Source: Candidatus Latescibacterota bacterium (GTDB lineage Bacteria > Latescibacterota > UBA2968 > GCA-2709665). From it: DNA of 64,000 bases. A model generated the notes under the pieces. The model did not search any database. It saw nothing but the letters and a program-made list of their open reading frames with translations, and was not told the origin of the DNA. The stretch's first letter is position 1, and each line of letters begins with the position of its first letter. The stretch lies in assembly GCA_965116875.1 (NCBI GenBank), contig OZ220733.1:3264001-3328000 (forward strand), written 5' to 3'. The position numbers were made by a program, and so were the translations under genes. Positions 1 to 9,585 of the stretch are shown here, one piece after another.

Positions 1-19
1 TAAGGCAGAAGGGTCCGGG

Positions 20-889
20 TTACTTGAAGTAGAGCAGGGAGAAAACGGCAAGAAACCAGAGGCCGCCGTTGATCAGCAGCGATGGATCGCCCAGAATGGT
101 TGAGGATGGATTGCCGCCCTGGTTCCTGGCATAGACAAGATAGAGATAGCGCAGAAGCCCGTAGATCACGAAGGGGATGGTAAGATTGAGATGCGGCGTT
201 CCGAGTTTCTGTGCGACGTCGGGCGACATGGTGTAGAGCGCGTAGGAAACGAGGGCGCCCGCGGTGACGACGGCGATCATCTGATCCAGGAACCGCGGCG
301 TGTATTCATCCAGAATGCGGCGATGTTCTCCCGCCCCGGATTCCAGGAGGATCAGTTCCTGCCGGCGTTTGACGAAACCCATAAACAGCGCCAGCAACAC
401 GGTGCACAGGATGAGCCAGGAAGAGATTTCCACGTTGATGACCAGCGCGCCCGCGATGGCCCGCAACAGATATCCGGAAGCGACGATCATCACGTCCAGG
501 ATGACGACGTGTTTCAAGTAGAGAGAATAGGCGACGTTCATCAGCCCGTAGGCCAGCAGAACCCAGCCGAAGGAGATACTCAGCAGAAAAGCCGGCGGAA
601 GGGCCAGGAGGGCGATTACGATGGCGGCGGTCGACGCTGCGCCGAGGCTCAGCAGGCCCGATGCAATGGGCCGGTTGCGCTTCTCGGGGTGACGGCGATC
701 GAATTCGACGTCTCGAATGTCGTTCAGAAGGTAGACCGCGCTCGACATGAGGCAGAAGAGGACGAATGCGGCGCCGCTTCGAAACAGATAGCGCCCATCG
801 AGCAGGTGGGCCGAAAAGACCAGCGGGGCGAGTACGAACACGCTCTTTATCCACTGGTTCGGCCGCAGGGATCGAATGAGAGGAGGCAT
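20..889 (-). CDS. UbiA-family prenyltransferase, decaprenyl-phosphate phosphoribosyltransferase-like
   Basis: LRPNQWIKS N-terminus, YLLNDIRDVEFDRRHPEKRNRPIASG Asp-rich motif, YSLYLKH, multiple TM helices. Confidence 0.85.
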   Translation of the reverse strand: MPPLIRSLRPNQWIKSVFVLAPLVFSAHLLDGRYLFRSGAAFVLFCLMSSAVYLLNDIRDVEFDRRHPEKRNRPIASGLLSLGAASTAAIVIALLALPPAFLLSISFGWVLLAYGLMNVAYSLYLKHVVILDVMIVASGYLLRAIAGALVINVEISSWLILCTVLLALFMGFVKRRQELILLESGAGEHRRILDEYTPRFLDQMIAVVTAGALVSYALYTMSPDVAQKLGTPHLNLTIPFVIYGLLRYLYLVYARNQGGNPSSTILGDPSLLINGGLWFLAVFSLLYFK

Positions 890-892
890 AGA

Positions 893-1215
893 AAAGGCGA
901 GAATACGAGAATACGAGAATACGAAAAGGCGAGACTGCGAAAAGGCGAAAGGCGAGAATACGAGACTACGAGAATACGAATAGACGAAAGGCGAAAAACA
1001 AAACTACGAATGACGCGAATTACACGAATAAACGAACGACGAAACTGCGAAGAGACGAGAATACGAAAAGACGAGAATACGAAAAGACGAGACTACGAAA
1101 AGACGAAGGCGAAAAACGAAACTGCGAGAATACGAGAATACGAAAAGGCGAAACTACGAAAGGCGAAACTACGAATAACGCAAATGCCGTGCAAAAACGA
1201 AAGACGAAGAGACGA
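893..1215. repeat. Degenerate ~8-bp tandem repeat tract (GAATACGA / AAAGGCGA / AACTACGA units)
   Basis: CGA recurs about every 7-9 nt over ~320 bp; the + strand is strongly A/G-rich; intergenic. Confidence 0.85.
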
Positions 1216-1259
1216 TAAATTCATGCCTGAAATCAATTTCTCGGGAAACGGCGCGAAAA

Positions 1260-1291
1260 CGGGGATCGAGTCTGCAGCAGATCGATCCCCG
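1260..1291 (-). terminator. Inverted-repeat hairpin, probable terminator of the 1314-4880 gene
   Basis: CGGGGATCGA...TCGATCCCCG 10-bp perfect stem; on the minus strand TTTT follows. Confidence 0.6.
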
Positions 1292-1313
1292 ATCAAAACC
1301 CGGGCGACGTTCG

Positions 1314-4300
1314 TCAGATGGTCAGGCCGAAGTAGATCCGGTTCTTGTCAATATCGCGGCCCTGAATGGTATCGCGGGTGGGAAAGGCGATCTGGAAATA
1401 ACCATACAGGGGAATTCGGTAATGCGTGAACATCTGCATGCGGAGCTCGAAGCCCCAGTCGGTCAGGAACGCGGAGCGATTGAACCGGTCTTCTGAATCG
1501 AGCCATGCGCGGAGGCTTTCAAAATTCCCGGTGGCGCCGGTTTCCACGAAAAGAGTCCCGTAGATCTTGTCGAAGTGGAAGGGCGGCAGTTCTTTGGCCG
1601 CATGCCTGAATATCGGAAAGGTCAGACTTGCTCTCGCGAGCAGGGCTTTGCCGCCGGACGTGGAGAAGTACGGATACCCTCTGAGCGTGCCGAGTCCGCC
1701 CAGGTAGTACCTCAGGGGATAGTAGAACACGCCCTCGGCGGCGGAGGTGTTCTCCTGGACGTCCTTGATGGGCTTGTCCTTGTAGGCGAGAAATCCCTGC
1801 AGGGCCAGCGTGGCTCTTCCGGGCAGGCCGATGAATTCATTCCAGGAAAAGATGTACTCGTTGATACCCAGCTTGGTCGGGTCCGACATGTACGTCGGAG
1901 CGGCAACGCCGTCCTGATTCAGCTGGGACCTGAAAAGCGAGTCGGTGACGGAGGCGTTGATCCGCCGGTACCTTAAGGTGATCGCCCTTCCCCTGGACGG
2001 GTTCACGAACATATCCTTCGCGGGCAGGAAATTGAAGTATCGCCAGCCGACCGTTACATCGTTGCTCTTGAAAAAGCTGAGGTCTCGATACAGGAAGTCG
2101 TCGAAAACGACCTCGTCTTCGCCCAGGCCCGGAACCTGGTCGGTTATGTCTGTAATGACGCCGTCTCTGTTCTGGACCAGTCTCGTGCTGTCCAGTATGA
2201 CCTGTTTCGTTTGGGTGCTCTCCCTGTACCGCCTGTGGCCCCAGGACATTGAAAGCACCTGACGCCTGCCGATGCTGGCTTCGATGCCAACCACAAAATC
2301 GCTGAAGAGGTTCTTGTACTTGTCTTCCTGTGTGAGCGAGAGGTTGGTGAAACTGGTAACGCCGGGTACCAGCCGGAGGGTGTCGTCGATCACGATCTGC
2401 AACGTGCCCGACGTGGTATCCCGGCGGGCATCCACAATCCCTCGATCGATCTGGCTGTTGATGGTCTGTTGGCTGGCGCCAATGAAGAACCTGGGAGCGT
2501 ACGTCCGGTCTTCGGTGTGAACCGCCGGCAGGCCCTTCGTGTAGAACGCGGAAAAATTCGAGTTCAGATCCACGCCCTTTTTCAGGTTTTTTCCAATGGT
2601 AAAGCCGGCGTAGATGTTGTCGCTCCCCAGGAGGTCACCCCAGGTGGCTTCGGCGCCCGCGCTCAGCTGATCCAGACCGAACCGGTTGCCGATAAAGGTC
2701 GGTCCCAGCACCAGGATGGGCACGACGCCGATGGATGCCAGCCGCGGGGCGTACCGGCCGGTATTGAACAGGTCGCCGATTTTCTTGCCCTTGTAGATGC
2801 TGCTGTAGTCCCGTACCAGGGTATCGGCCGTCGCGGCCGCCGCGGCCCCGGACTTCCGGATGCGGTATATGTTGTAATTCGCGGCGTGGTAGCCCGAGTA
2901 GAGGACTTCGTCGCCATCGGGCGAGACCGAGGGCGAAAAGGCGCCTCCGATGACGTTGGTGAGCTGTTCCTGCCTTCCAGTCGAAAGGTCGAGGGCATAG
3001 ATGTTGAAGATTCCGGTCCGATCGGAGGCGTATACGATACCGCCGCCGCCGGGCAGCCATACCGCGTCGCGTTCATCGGCCTTTGTATTGATGACGACTT
3101 CGAAGCCCGCATTGTTGGCATAGGCCAGGCTGTCGGGGAACGCGACCATGCTGTCGCGACGCGCGGCTTCCGCCAGCGCGAGGCTGTCGGCCTGCGCCTG
3201 GGCGCTGTCCACTTCTGTTTCGGTTTTCTTTCTTTCGGCGATCCGTTCGGCCAATTCTTCCTTCCCGGTCTTCTTCACGTCGGTCTTTTTCGGCCTGGGC
3301 GTGGCATCCGCGTTGATTACGGCAATGTCCCGGTCTTCCCCTCGAAAGATGCTGAACAGCAGCCTGCTGCCGTCCTCCGTCCAACGGGGCGTGTAATATT
3401 GCGTCCCATTGTTGTTGTTGGTCAGATAGCGGATGTCCGTGCCGTCGATGTTCACGATGCCGAGGTTGGATGTCCCGTCCCGATTTCCCACGAACGCGAT
3501 TTCCGTGCCGTCGGGAGACACGGCGGGGTCTCTTCCTCTCAGGCCGACGGTGAGCCGGCGTTCCTTGCGCGTGGGGAGATCGTAGATGAAGATGTCCCAG
3601 TTGCCCCCGACGGATTTGCTGTATACCAGGTTGTTGCCGTCGGGTGTCCAGGAGAAGGGCAGATTGACGTATTTCCCGTACTTCCGGCTTCTGGCCACCT
3701 TTGTCAGCTTTCGCGTGGTCAGATCCATCACGAGCATTTCCATGATCGCGTAGTCGCTTCCCTCGTTGCTGATGAACGCCATCTTCGTGCCGTCGGGCGA
3801 GTAGGTGGGGAAGTGCTCCACGTCGCCGCGGTCGGAGAGCAGTTCACCCTCCCGCTCTCCTGAAGCCCGGATGGAGTCCGCAAGGGCGCCGTATTTGCGG
3901 TCGAGATACGCGGTCCATTCGTTATAGAGACCGGGCGCCGAGATTCCCGTGCCTTTCTTGACGGCGGACTTGAAGTTGACGATCGGCCTGTCCCGGGACA
4001 TGGCGCGCACCGAGTCCGGACCGTAGGTGCCGGCCAGGTATTTCAGAAACGCATAGCCCTGGTTGTAGACCTGTTCCGACTTGAAACCGTCCTTGCCGAA
4101 GACGTTCATGTCCGTATAGGAAAGCAGGTCGTCTTCGAGCGAGGCCATCCGCAGGATCATGTCCCGGTGGGTGTCCCAAAGGTCACCCCCGTACTCTTCA
4201 GCTTCGAATTGGGCGATCCCTTCGGCGTACCAGTTCGGCATCGCGGAGTGGTAGATCGGCAGAAAGAAGCCGAAGTCCGGATTCTGGTTGGATCGGCTGC

Positions 4301-4880
4301 TGCCGAGAAGGCCGAATGCAAACGGCATGCTGTTGTGGGAGGCTTTGAGCGTGATGTGATGGGTGAGCTCGTGGGTAAAGACGTCGCGCACCCAGTCGTG
4401 TGTGCCTCGCGAGTCCCAGTTGAGGGGCGTGGACCCGAACGAGATGAGATTTCCAAGGTAGAACGACGAGGCGTTGCCCAGTATGTCGATGTCGGAAACG
4501 ACCACGTGAACCGGGGCGTAGCGTTCGATGGAACCCGGATAGTGGCGGGAGATCTTCTCGAAGGTGTCGTCCGCGATTTCCGCGATGCGGCGCGCCGTAT
4601 TCTCCGCTTCCGCGTAATAGATGGCGAAGTACTTCGTGCGGATCGCCCGTGCGCCCGGGACGTGAAGGCCGAGAAGGGACGGGAAGAAGTGACGTTCGTG
4701 CCGCTCCCAGGCGTAATCGGGCATGGTGCGGTTCAACGGCACGTCGGCGATGTCCACGGTGGGGCCGTGTTTATACTTTCTGGGGACCTGCTGGGCGTTG
4801 GATGGGAACGGTGCGCTGGACGAAATGGCGATCAATACAGCGCTGCAAAGGCCGATGGACAGGTTCGTTGATCGGTTCAC
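1314..4880 (-). CDS. Secreted/outer-membrane protein: gluzincin-like (HExxH) domain + PD40/TolB beta-propeller + C-terminal Omp85-like beta-barrel
   Basis: GTG at 4880 preceded by AGGAG; signal peptide; VFTHELTHH...WYAEGIAQ; repeated P.xSPDG motifs; amphipathic C-terminal strands ending RIYFGLTI. Confidence 0.75.
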   Translation of the reverse strand: MNRSTNLSIGLCSAVLIAISSSAPFPSNAQQVPRKYKHGPTVDIADVPLNRTMPDYAWERHERHFFPSLLGLHVPGARAIRTKYFAIYYAEAENTARRIAEIADDTFEKISRHYPGSIERYAPVHVVVSDIDILGNASSFYLGNLISFGSTPLNWDSRGTHDWVRDVFTHELTHHITLKASHNSMPFAFGLLGSSRSNQNPDFGFFLPIYHSAMPNWYAEGIAQFEAEEYGGDLWDTHRDMILRMASLEDDLLSYTDMNVFGKDGFKSEQVYNQGYAFLKYLAGTYGPDSVRAMSRDRPIVNFKSAVKKGTGISAPGLYNEWTAYLDRKYGALADSIRASGEREGELLSDRGDVEHFPTYSPDGTKMAFISNEGSDYAIMEMLVMDLTTRKLTKVARSRKYGKYVNLPFSWTPDGNNLVYSKSVGGNWDIFIYDLPTRKERRLTVGLRGRDPAVSPDGTEIAFVGNRDGTSNLGIVNIDGTDIRYLTNNNNGTQYYTPRWTEDGSRLLFSIFRGEDRDIAVINADATPRPKKTDVKKTGKEELAERIAERKKTETEVDSAQAQADSLALAEAARRDSMVAFPDSLAYANNAGFEVVINTKADERDAVWLPGGGGIVYASDRTGIFNIYALDLSTGRQEQLTNVIGGAFSPSVSPDGDEVLYSGYHAANYNIYRIRKSGAAAAATADTLVRDYSSIYKGKKIGDLFNTGRYAPRLASIGVVPILVLGPTFIGNRFGLDQLSAGAEATWGDLLGSDNIYAGFTIGKNLKKGVDLNSNFSAFYTKGLPAVHTEDRTYAPRFFIGASQQTINSQIDRGIVDARRDTTSGTLQIVIDDTLRLVPGVTSFTNLSLTQEDKYKNLFSDFVVGIEASIGRRQVLSMSWGHRRYRESTQTKQVILDSTRLVQNRDGVITDITDQVPGLGEDEVVFDDFLYRDLSFFKSNDVTVGWRYFNFLPAKDMFVNPSRGRAITLRYRRINASVTDSLFRSQLNQDGVAAPTYMSDPTKLGINEYIFSWNEFIGLPGRATLALQGFLAYKDKPIKDVQENTSAAEGVFYYPLRYYLGGLGTLRGYPYFSTSGGKALLARASLTFPIFRHAAKELPPFHFDKIYGTLFVETGATGNFESLRAWLDSEDRFNRSAFLTDWGFELRMQMFTHYRIPLYGYFQIAFPTRDTIQGRDIDKNRIYFGLTI

Positions 4881-4900
4881 GTGCTTCTCCTGGACTACAG

Positions 4901-5060
4901 CAGCCCGTTGAAAAAGTCCATCCGGTCTACGGCCGGCCCTTGCGGTCGAAATACTGCGTTGCGCTCCCTCGCCGAATCGCAGGATGGGACTCGGTCGCGC
5001 GTCTTGTCTTCGGCCACAATGGCTCGGCCTCGCCTGCAGAGCGACTTTATCAACGGACTG
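4901..5060. mobile_element. ~160-bp MITE-like element with terminal inverted repeats
   Basis: Left CAGCCCGTTGAAAAAGTC versus reverse complement of right end CAGTCCGTTGATAAAGTC (16/18); no transposase. Confidence 0.65.
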
Positions 5061-5203
5061 ACAGGGGGTTGGAATGGGCGGCCGCCGGGAGCCTTCAGGA
5101 CGCGCCCTGACACAGGTCCGCAGTCCGGTCTGGCTCGCTTCCGCCGCGGTTCGGCTATAAAAGTATACAATTAGACTTGCGAAGACAACGAACAGTTCCA
5201 ATT

Positions 5204-6193
5204 TCAGGCCGTCGAGAGGTGCTGCCCGGTCCGGAGAATGCACGCGACGCTGTGGTTTCCGTCGATTTGGAGCAGTTCGGGCACGATCTTCGAACAGGCG
5301 TCTTCCCGTTCGGGGCAGCGTGGATGAAAGGGGCAGCCGGGCGGGACGTTGGCCGGGCTCGGGACGTCGCCCGTCAGTACCGTGCGTTGTTTCCTTACGC
5401 GCGGGTCCGGCTCGGGAACGGCCGAAAGCAGGGCGCGGGTATAAGGATGCTGGGGATTGCTGCAGAGGGTGCTGCTTTCCGCGATCTCCACGATTCGTCC
5501 AAGGTACATCACCGCAATGCGGTTGGAGATGTGTTTGACAACGCTCAGGTCGTGCGCGACGAAGAGGAACGTAAGGCCGAACCGGCCCTGCAGGTCCTGA
5601 AGAAGATTGATGATCTGGGCTTGAATCGATACATCAAGGGCGGAAACGGGTTCGTCCGCGACGATGAAGTCGGGATTCACGGCCAGGGCCCTGGAGATAC
5701 CGATGCGCTGGCGCTGCCCCCCGCTGAACTCGTGGGGATACCTGCGGGCGTATTCCGGACGGAGGCCCACGGTTTCCAGGAGTTCGTCCACTCGTTTCCG
5801 CGTGTTGCTTCCGTCTGTAAGCTTGTGGATTTTCAGTGCTTCGGCCAGCATGCCCCCCACCGTCATACGCGGGTTCAGCGAACTGTATGGGTCCTGGAAT
5901 ATGATCTGCATGCGTCGTCTGACGGTCCTGAGCTCAGAGCGGTTCATACCGAAGACGTCGGTGCCGTTGAACAGCACGCGGCCCGCCGTGGCCTCGATCA
6001 GCCGCAGGATGCTCCTGCCCGCGGTCGTTTTCCCGCAACCGGATTCTCCCACCAGACCCAGGGTTTCTCCCCGTTGCATGGTAAATGAGACGCCGTCAAC
6101 GGCCTTGACGTAGCCGACGGTCCGGGAGAATACGCCGCGGGTGATTGGGAAGTATTTCTTAAGGCCCTGGACTTCGAGCAGTGGTCTGGACAT
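5204..6193 (-). CDS. oppF: Oligo/dipeptide ABC transporter ATP-binding subunit (OppF/DppF)
   Basis: ATG 6193 (MSRPLLEV); Walker [27 protein letters not shown]-terminal GCPFHPRC. Confidence 0.9.
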   Translation of the reverse strand: MSRPLLEVQGLKKYFPITRGVFSRTVGYVKAVDGVSFTMQRGETLGLVGESGCGKTTAGRSILRLIEATAGRVLFNGTDVFGMNRSELRTVRRRMQIIFQDPYSSLNPRMTVGGMLAEALKIHKLTDGSNTRKRVDELLETVGLRPEYARRYPHEFSGGQRQRIGISRALAVNPDFIVADEPVSALDVSIQAQIINLLQDLQGRFGLTFLFVAHDLSVVKHISNRIAVMYLGRIVEIAESSTLCSNPQHPYTRALLSAVPEPDPRVRKQRTVLTGDVPSPANVPPGCPFHPRCPEREDACSKIVPELLQIDGNHSVACILRTGQHLSTA

Positions 6194-6194
6194 A

Positions 6195-7193
6195 TCAATC
6201 CGATCGCATCGCGGGAGACGGATAATCTTCGGCCATCCAGCAGGCAACGAAGCGGCGGCCCGAGGTCGGCTCGAGGCGCGGCTCGTCCAATTCACACACG
6301 TCCTCCGCCAATGAACACCGGGGGGCGAATCGGCATCCCGCCGGAAAACGGGTCGCATCGGGCACGGTTCCCGGAATGACGGACAGCCGGCTCTTCTCTT
6401 CATTGAGCGTGGGAATGGACTCGAGCAGTCCTTTCGTGTAGGGGTGCCGGGGGCTGGCGAAAATCTCGTCCACCGTTCCGGTTTCCACGATCTTCCCGGC
6501 ATACATGACCGCCACGCGATCCGCGACCTCCGCAATGACGCCCAGATCGTGGGTAATCATCAGGACGGCCATTCCCAATTCTCTTTGAAGCCGGTCCAGA
6601 AGCTCCAGAATCTGGGCCTGTATGGTTACGTCCAGCGCCGTGGTCGGTTCGTCGGCAATGAGGAGTTCAGGATTGCAGCACAGGGCCATTGCAATCATCA
6701 CCCGTTGGCGCATGCCCCCGGAAAGCTGGTGAGGATACTCGTTTGCGCGCTGTTCGGGGTCCGGAATGCCAACGAGATTCAGCATGTCCACCGTGACGGC
6801 CCGGGCGGCGTCCCTGCCGAGACCCTGGTGGAGCATTACGGCCTCGTCAATCTGGTCTCCGCAGGTGAATACAGGGTTGAGGCTGGTCATCGGCTCCTGG
6901 AAAATCATCGCGACGTCGTTGCCCCTCACACCCTGGAGATCGGCCTCGCCCAGACTCAGCAGATTGCGTCCGTTGAACCGGATCTCGCCCGAGACGATTT
7001 CCCCCGGCGGTTCAGGAACCAGGCGCATTACGGACAGAGACGTGACGCTCTTGCCGCAGCCGGACTCGCCCACCAGGCCCAGGGTTTCACCCTTCTTCAG
7101 GGTGAAAGAGACCCCGTCCACGGCCCTGGCGACACCGCCGTCCGTATGGAAGTATGTTTTCAGATCTCTGACAGTAAGGAGGGGTTCCGACAT
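6195..7193 (-). CDS. oppD: Oligo/dipeptide ABC transporter ATP-binding subunit (OppD/DppD)
   Basis: [44 protein letters not shown]. Confidence 0.9.
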   Translation of the reverse strand: MSEPLLTVRDLKTYFHTDGGVARAVDGVSFTLKKGETLGLVGESGCGKSVTSLSVMRLVPEPPGEIVSGEIRFNGRNLLSLGEADLQGVRGNDVAMIFQEPMTSLNPVFTCGDQIDEAVMLHQGLGRDAARAVTVDMLNLVGIPDPEQRANEYPHQLSGGMRQRVMIAMALCCNPELLIADEPTTALDVTIQAQILELLDRLQRELGMAVLMITHDLGVIAEVADRVAVMYAGKIVETGTVDEIFASPRHPYTKGLLESIPTLNEEKSRLSVIPGTVPDATRFPAGCRFAPRCSLAEDVCELDEPRLEPTSGRRFVACWMAEDYPSPAMRSD

Positions 7194-7302
7194 ATACCTG
7201 CCGTCTGTGAATAATGCGATCGTCCCGGATACCGTCCGAATCTGGCGCGTACCCGCGTGAGCAAGGCATGCCGCCGCCTGGCTGCCCGTCAGCCGCCGTG
7301 GA

Positions 7303-8046
7303 TCAGAACAGCGGCGGATTCAGATTGAGCCAGTCTTCCAGAAGGAAATCCACCCGTCCGATGAGCAGGGAGATGCGCGCCATGACGGTATAACCGAATG
7401 AAGCGCCGAACGAAACCATCAGGAAATAGATGCCAACCCTGGAAATTCCGCCCACAACCCCCTTGTGTTCGACGGAGAAATAAAAGTAAATGAGTACGCT
7501 CAACACGCCGATCAGGATGATCGCCGGATCCAGCACGGCCCATCCAAAGTCCGCCGACGCCTGTGAAAACGGGCGGATCGTGGGCCCGATCTGTTCGATG
7601 ATGAAGGAGGCCACGCGGCGGGGAATGGCCAGCCCGGCGCCGAGTCCCACGAAAAAGGCGAACGAAATGCGGCTGAGCCAGACCGCCTTGCCGACAAAGC
7701 GGGTCATCAGAAAGAGACCGAGCAACGCCGGGACGATGACCCACCAGTTGACGCCCGTGTCAGGATGCGGCCGGAAAAGGGGATTGACCACGTCCAAGAG
7801 GATGCTTTGGTACCAGACCAGAGCGAGTTCGTATGCGGCGACGACGCCCACGTAGAGATGCTCGGCCAGCTTGAAGAGCGGATTGTCCCTGTACAAAAAG
7901 CTGTACAGAGCCAGCGTGATCCCCGCGGCGAGGATGATGCCGAACCCCGACCAGCTTGCCTCCAGGCTGCCGGCGGCCAGGAGATAGACATTCACGGTCG
8001 CAAAAAGCAGAAGGAAGACCGGGAAGACGAGATATTCTCTTTGCAT
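7303..8046 (-). CDS. Conserved hypothetical polytopic membrane protein (GlmL-associated cluster)
   Basis: About 7 hydrophobic segments; [21 protein letters not shown] and [16 protein letters not shown] motifs. Confidence 0.7.
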   Translation of the reverse strand: MQREYLVFPVFLLLFATVNVYLLAAGSLEASWSGFGIILAAGITLALYSFLYRDNPLFKLAEHLYVGVVAAYELALVWYQSILLDVVNPLFRPHPDTGVNWWVIVPALLGLFLMTRFVGKAVWLSRISFAFFVGLGAGLAIPRRVASFIIEQIGPTIRPFSQASADFGWAVLDPAIILIGVLSVLIYFYFSVEHKGVVGGISRVGIYFLMVSFGASFGYTVMARISLLIGRVDFLLEDWLNLNPPLF

Positions 8047-8058
8047 ACTGATGTACCC

Positions 8059-8886
8059 TTACGACCCTGACGCGCTGCGGTGCAGGAAGTAGACCGCGTT
8101 GCCCAGCAGAATGAACCCGATGATGACGATATGTGCGACGGATTGCGGACGCATGCCGCTTACCGCGAGCCCTCTCTTGCCCACCAGCGCCTCGTATTCC
8201 GCGGCGCCCGCGAGCCCGCCGATGAGGCCGTTCAGCTGCCGCGACTGAAGGAACGGGAAGAAATCCGGTGCCATGACCGCGGTACAACCTGCGCCGAGGG
8301 CGAACCGGTAACGTTCCTGCCCGTACGCGATCCATTCGTCCACGCCGGGGTACCCGGCGGCCAGGTCGATCACGTAATCGAAATCCTTCAACGAGCGCAG
8401 ATTGCGGGTGAGAGGCATTTCGCCGGTGGCGACGCCCCGGATGTCTTCCGGAAACGCGGCGTGCAGGTCCTGACCCATGTTCAGGATCAGGATCGGGCCT
8501 CCTGCCTTGAAACCGAGGAACGCATAGTCCGTCCCGTTTTCCCGCCCGTATTCCGTCGCCGCCGTCTCGAACGCCTGCATGGCAAGTCCGACGGCTTCGG
8601 TAATGAGGGTCACGCCCACCACCCGGATGTTCCGGCTGAAGCAGTGGCGCAGAATGGCCAGGGCCATGGGCTGGAGTTCCGGCTGCGAACTGGGACCGTA
8701 GTCGAACGAGATGAGCACGACGGCATCCGGTTTTCCTGCCAGGCTTTCGACGGTGTCGTAGACCGCGCGGACGTTGGGTGTGGCCTTGATGGGCAGCTGG
8801 AACCCGATAAGCAGAGGAATACATACAGCCAGAAACACGGCGAGGTATACGATGCGGCGGTCGATGTTCAGCAGGCGCTCGATCAT
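8059..8886 (-). CDS. Conserved hypothetical membrane-anchored protein (GlmL-associated cluster)
   Basis: ATG 8886 overlaps the upstream stop (ATGA); N- and C-terminal TM helices around a soluble domain; GLIGGLAGAAEYE. Confidence 0.7.
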   Translation of the reverse strand: MIERLLNIDRRIVYLAVFLAVCIPLLIGFQLPIKATPNVRAVYDTVESLAGKPDAVVLISFDYGPSSQPELQPMALAILRHCFSRNIRVVGVTLITEAVGLAMQAFETAATEYGRENGTDYAFLGFKAGGPILILNMGQDLHAAFPEDIRGVATGEMPLTRNLRSLKDFDYVIDLAAGYPGVDEWIAYGQERYRFALGAGCTAVMAPDFFPFLQSRQLNGLIGGLAGAAEYEALVGKRGLAVSGMRPQSVAHIVIIGFILLGNAVYFLHRSASGS

Positions 8887-9539
8887 TGTCCTTCTTCTCC
8901 AAGATAGGATCTTTCGATACCGAAGATGATGCGAAGTGCCGTGGCGATTGCGCCCAGACTCACGCCCAGCAGGATGCCGCGCCGGGCGGCCAGGTTGGGC
9001 GTGGCCATCAGCCACTGGGAAATGGCGGGCAGGTGTTCGGAGATGAGCGCGCCAATGGGCACCCGGCCCAGCATGACGAGCAGCGCGGCAACGAGTAGGA
9101 CAACCGCCTCCGTCGAACGGGCGCGAAACGTGCGGTAGGCGGCGGAAGCGATAAAGAAGGCGAGCAGAGAGAACATCGTGGCGCCGCCGGCGACGTGAAT
9201 GTGGGTATACATCCAGTTCAGATCCAGACCGTCGCCCTCGGCGAGCGGCTGCAGGGGCCCGCTGCCGTTGTTGTAGAGGGCAAGCAGGATCGTAACGATG
9301 AAGCCGACGTATACGACGGCGCTGAAGGCCCATCCGGCCTGTTTGCGCCTGACCCGGTTCCAGTGCATCTGCAACAGGCTGTGGATGCCCAGGAACAGGG
9401 CGAACGCGGCGATGATCCGGTACCACGTGGAGGTTGTGATCTCCACCGGCTGAGCCACCGGGATATAATACGTGAATATGCCGATCACGCCCGCGGCAAA
9501 GGCCACGAGGAGCGGCAGGGTGCGTTGCAGGAAGTACAT
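8883..9539 (-). CDS. Conserved hypothetical polytopic membrane protein (GlmL-associated cluster)
   Basis: About 6 TM segments; TMFSLLAFFIASAAYRTFRARS and ARRGILLGVSLG motifs. Confidence 0.7.
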   Translation of the reverse strand: MYFLQRTLPLLVAFAAGVIGIFTYYIPVAQPVEITTSTWYRIIAAFALFLGIHSLLQMHWNRVRRKQAGWAFSAVVYVGFIVTILLALYNNGSGPLQPLAEGDGLDLNWMYTHIHVAGGATMFSLLAFFIASAAYRTFRARSTEAVVLLVAALLVMLGRVPIGALISEHLPAISQWLMATPNLAARRGILLGVSLGAIATALRIIFGIERSYLGEEGQ

Positions 9540-9585
9540 TCGGTTTTCTCCCGGAGACCTGAAAGTATATGTGATGCTGTCGTTG

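Noticed and set aside
20-889. UbiA-family gene as an archaeal-type DGGGP synthase linked to ether lipids
   Set aside because: Motifs fit the decaprenyl-phosphate phosphoribosyltransferase subgroup; no GGGP synthase nearby; 46 kb from the FAR-AGPS cluster
893-1215. Possible CRISPR array (also considered for 26.6-28.2 kb)
   Set aside because: No constant 23-47-bp repeat with unique spacers and no cas genes
191-1429. 412-aa + strand ORF with an R/E/K-rich tail
   Set aside because: Antisense to the UbiA-family gene and then reads through the octamer tract; its composition is explained by the repeat
4881-5243. 120-aa N-terminal extension of the 1309-aa ORF
   Set aside because: Crosses a MITE and overlaps oppF; the RBS and signal peptide point to GTG 4880
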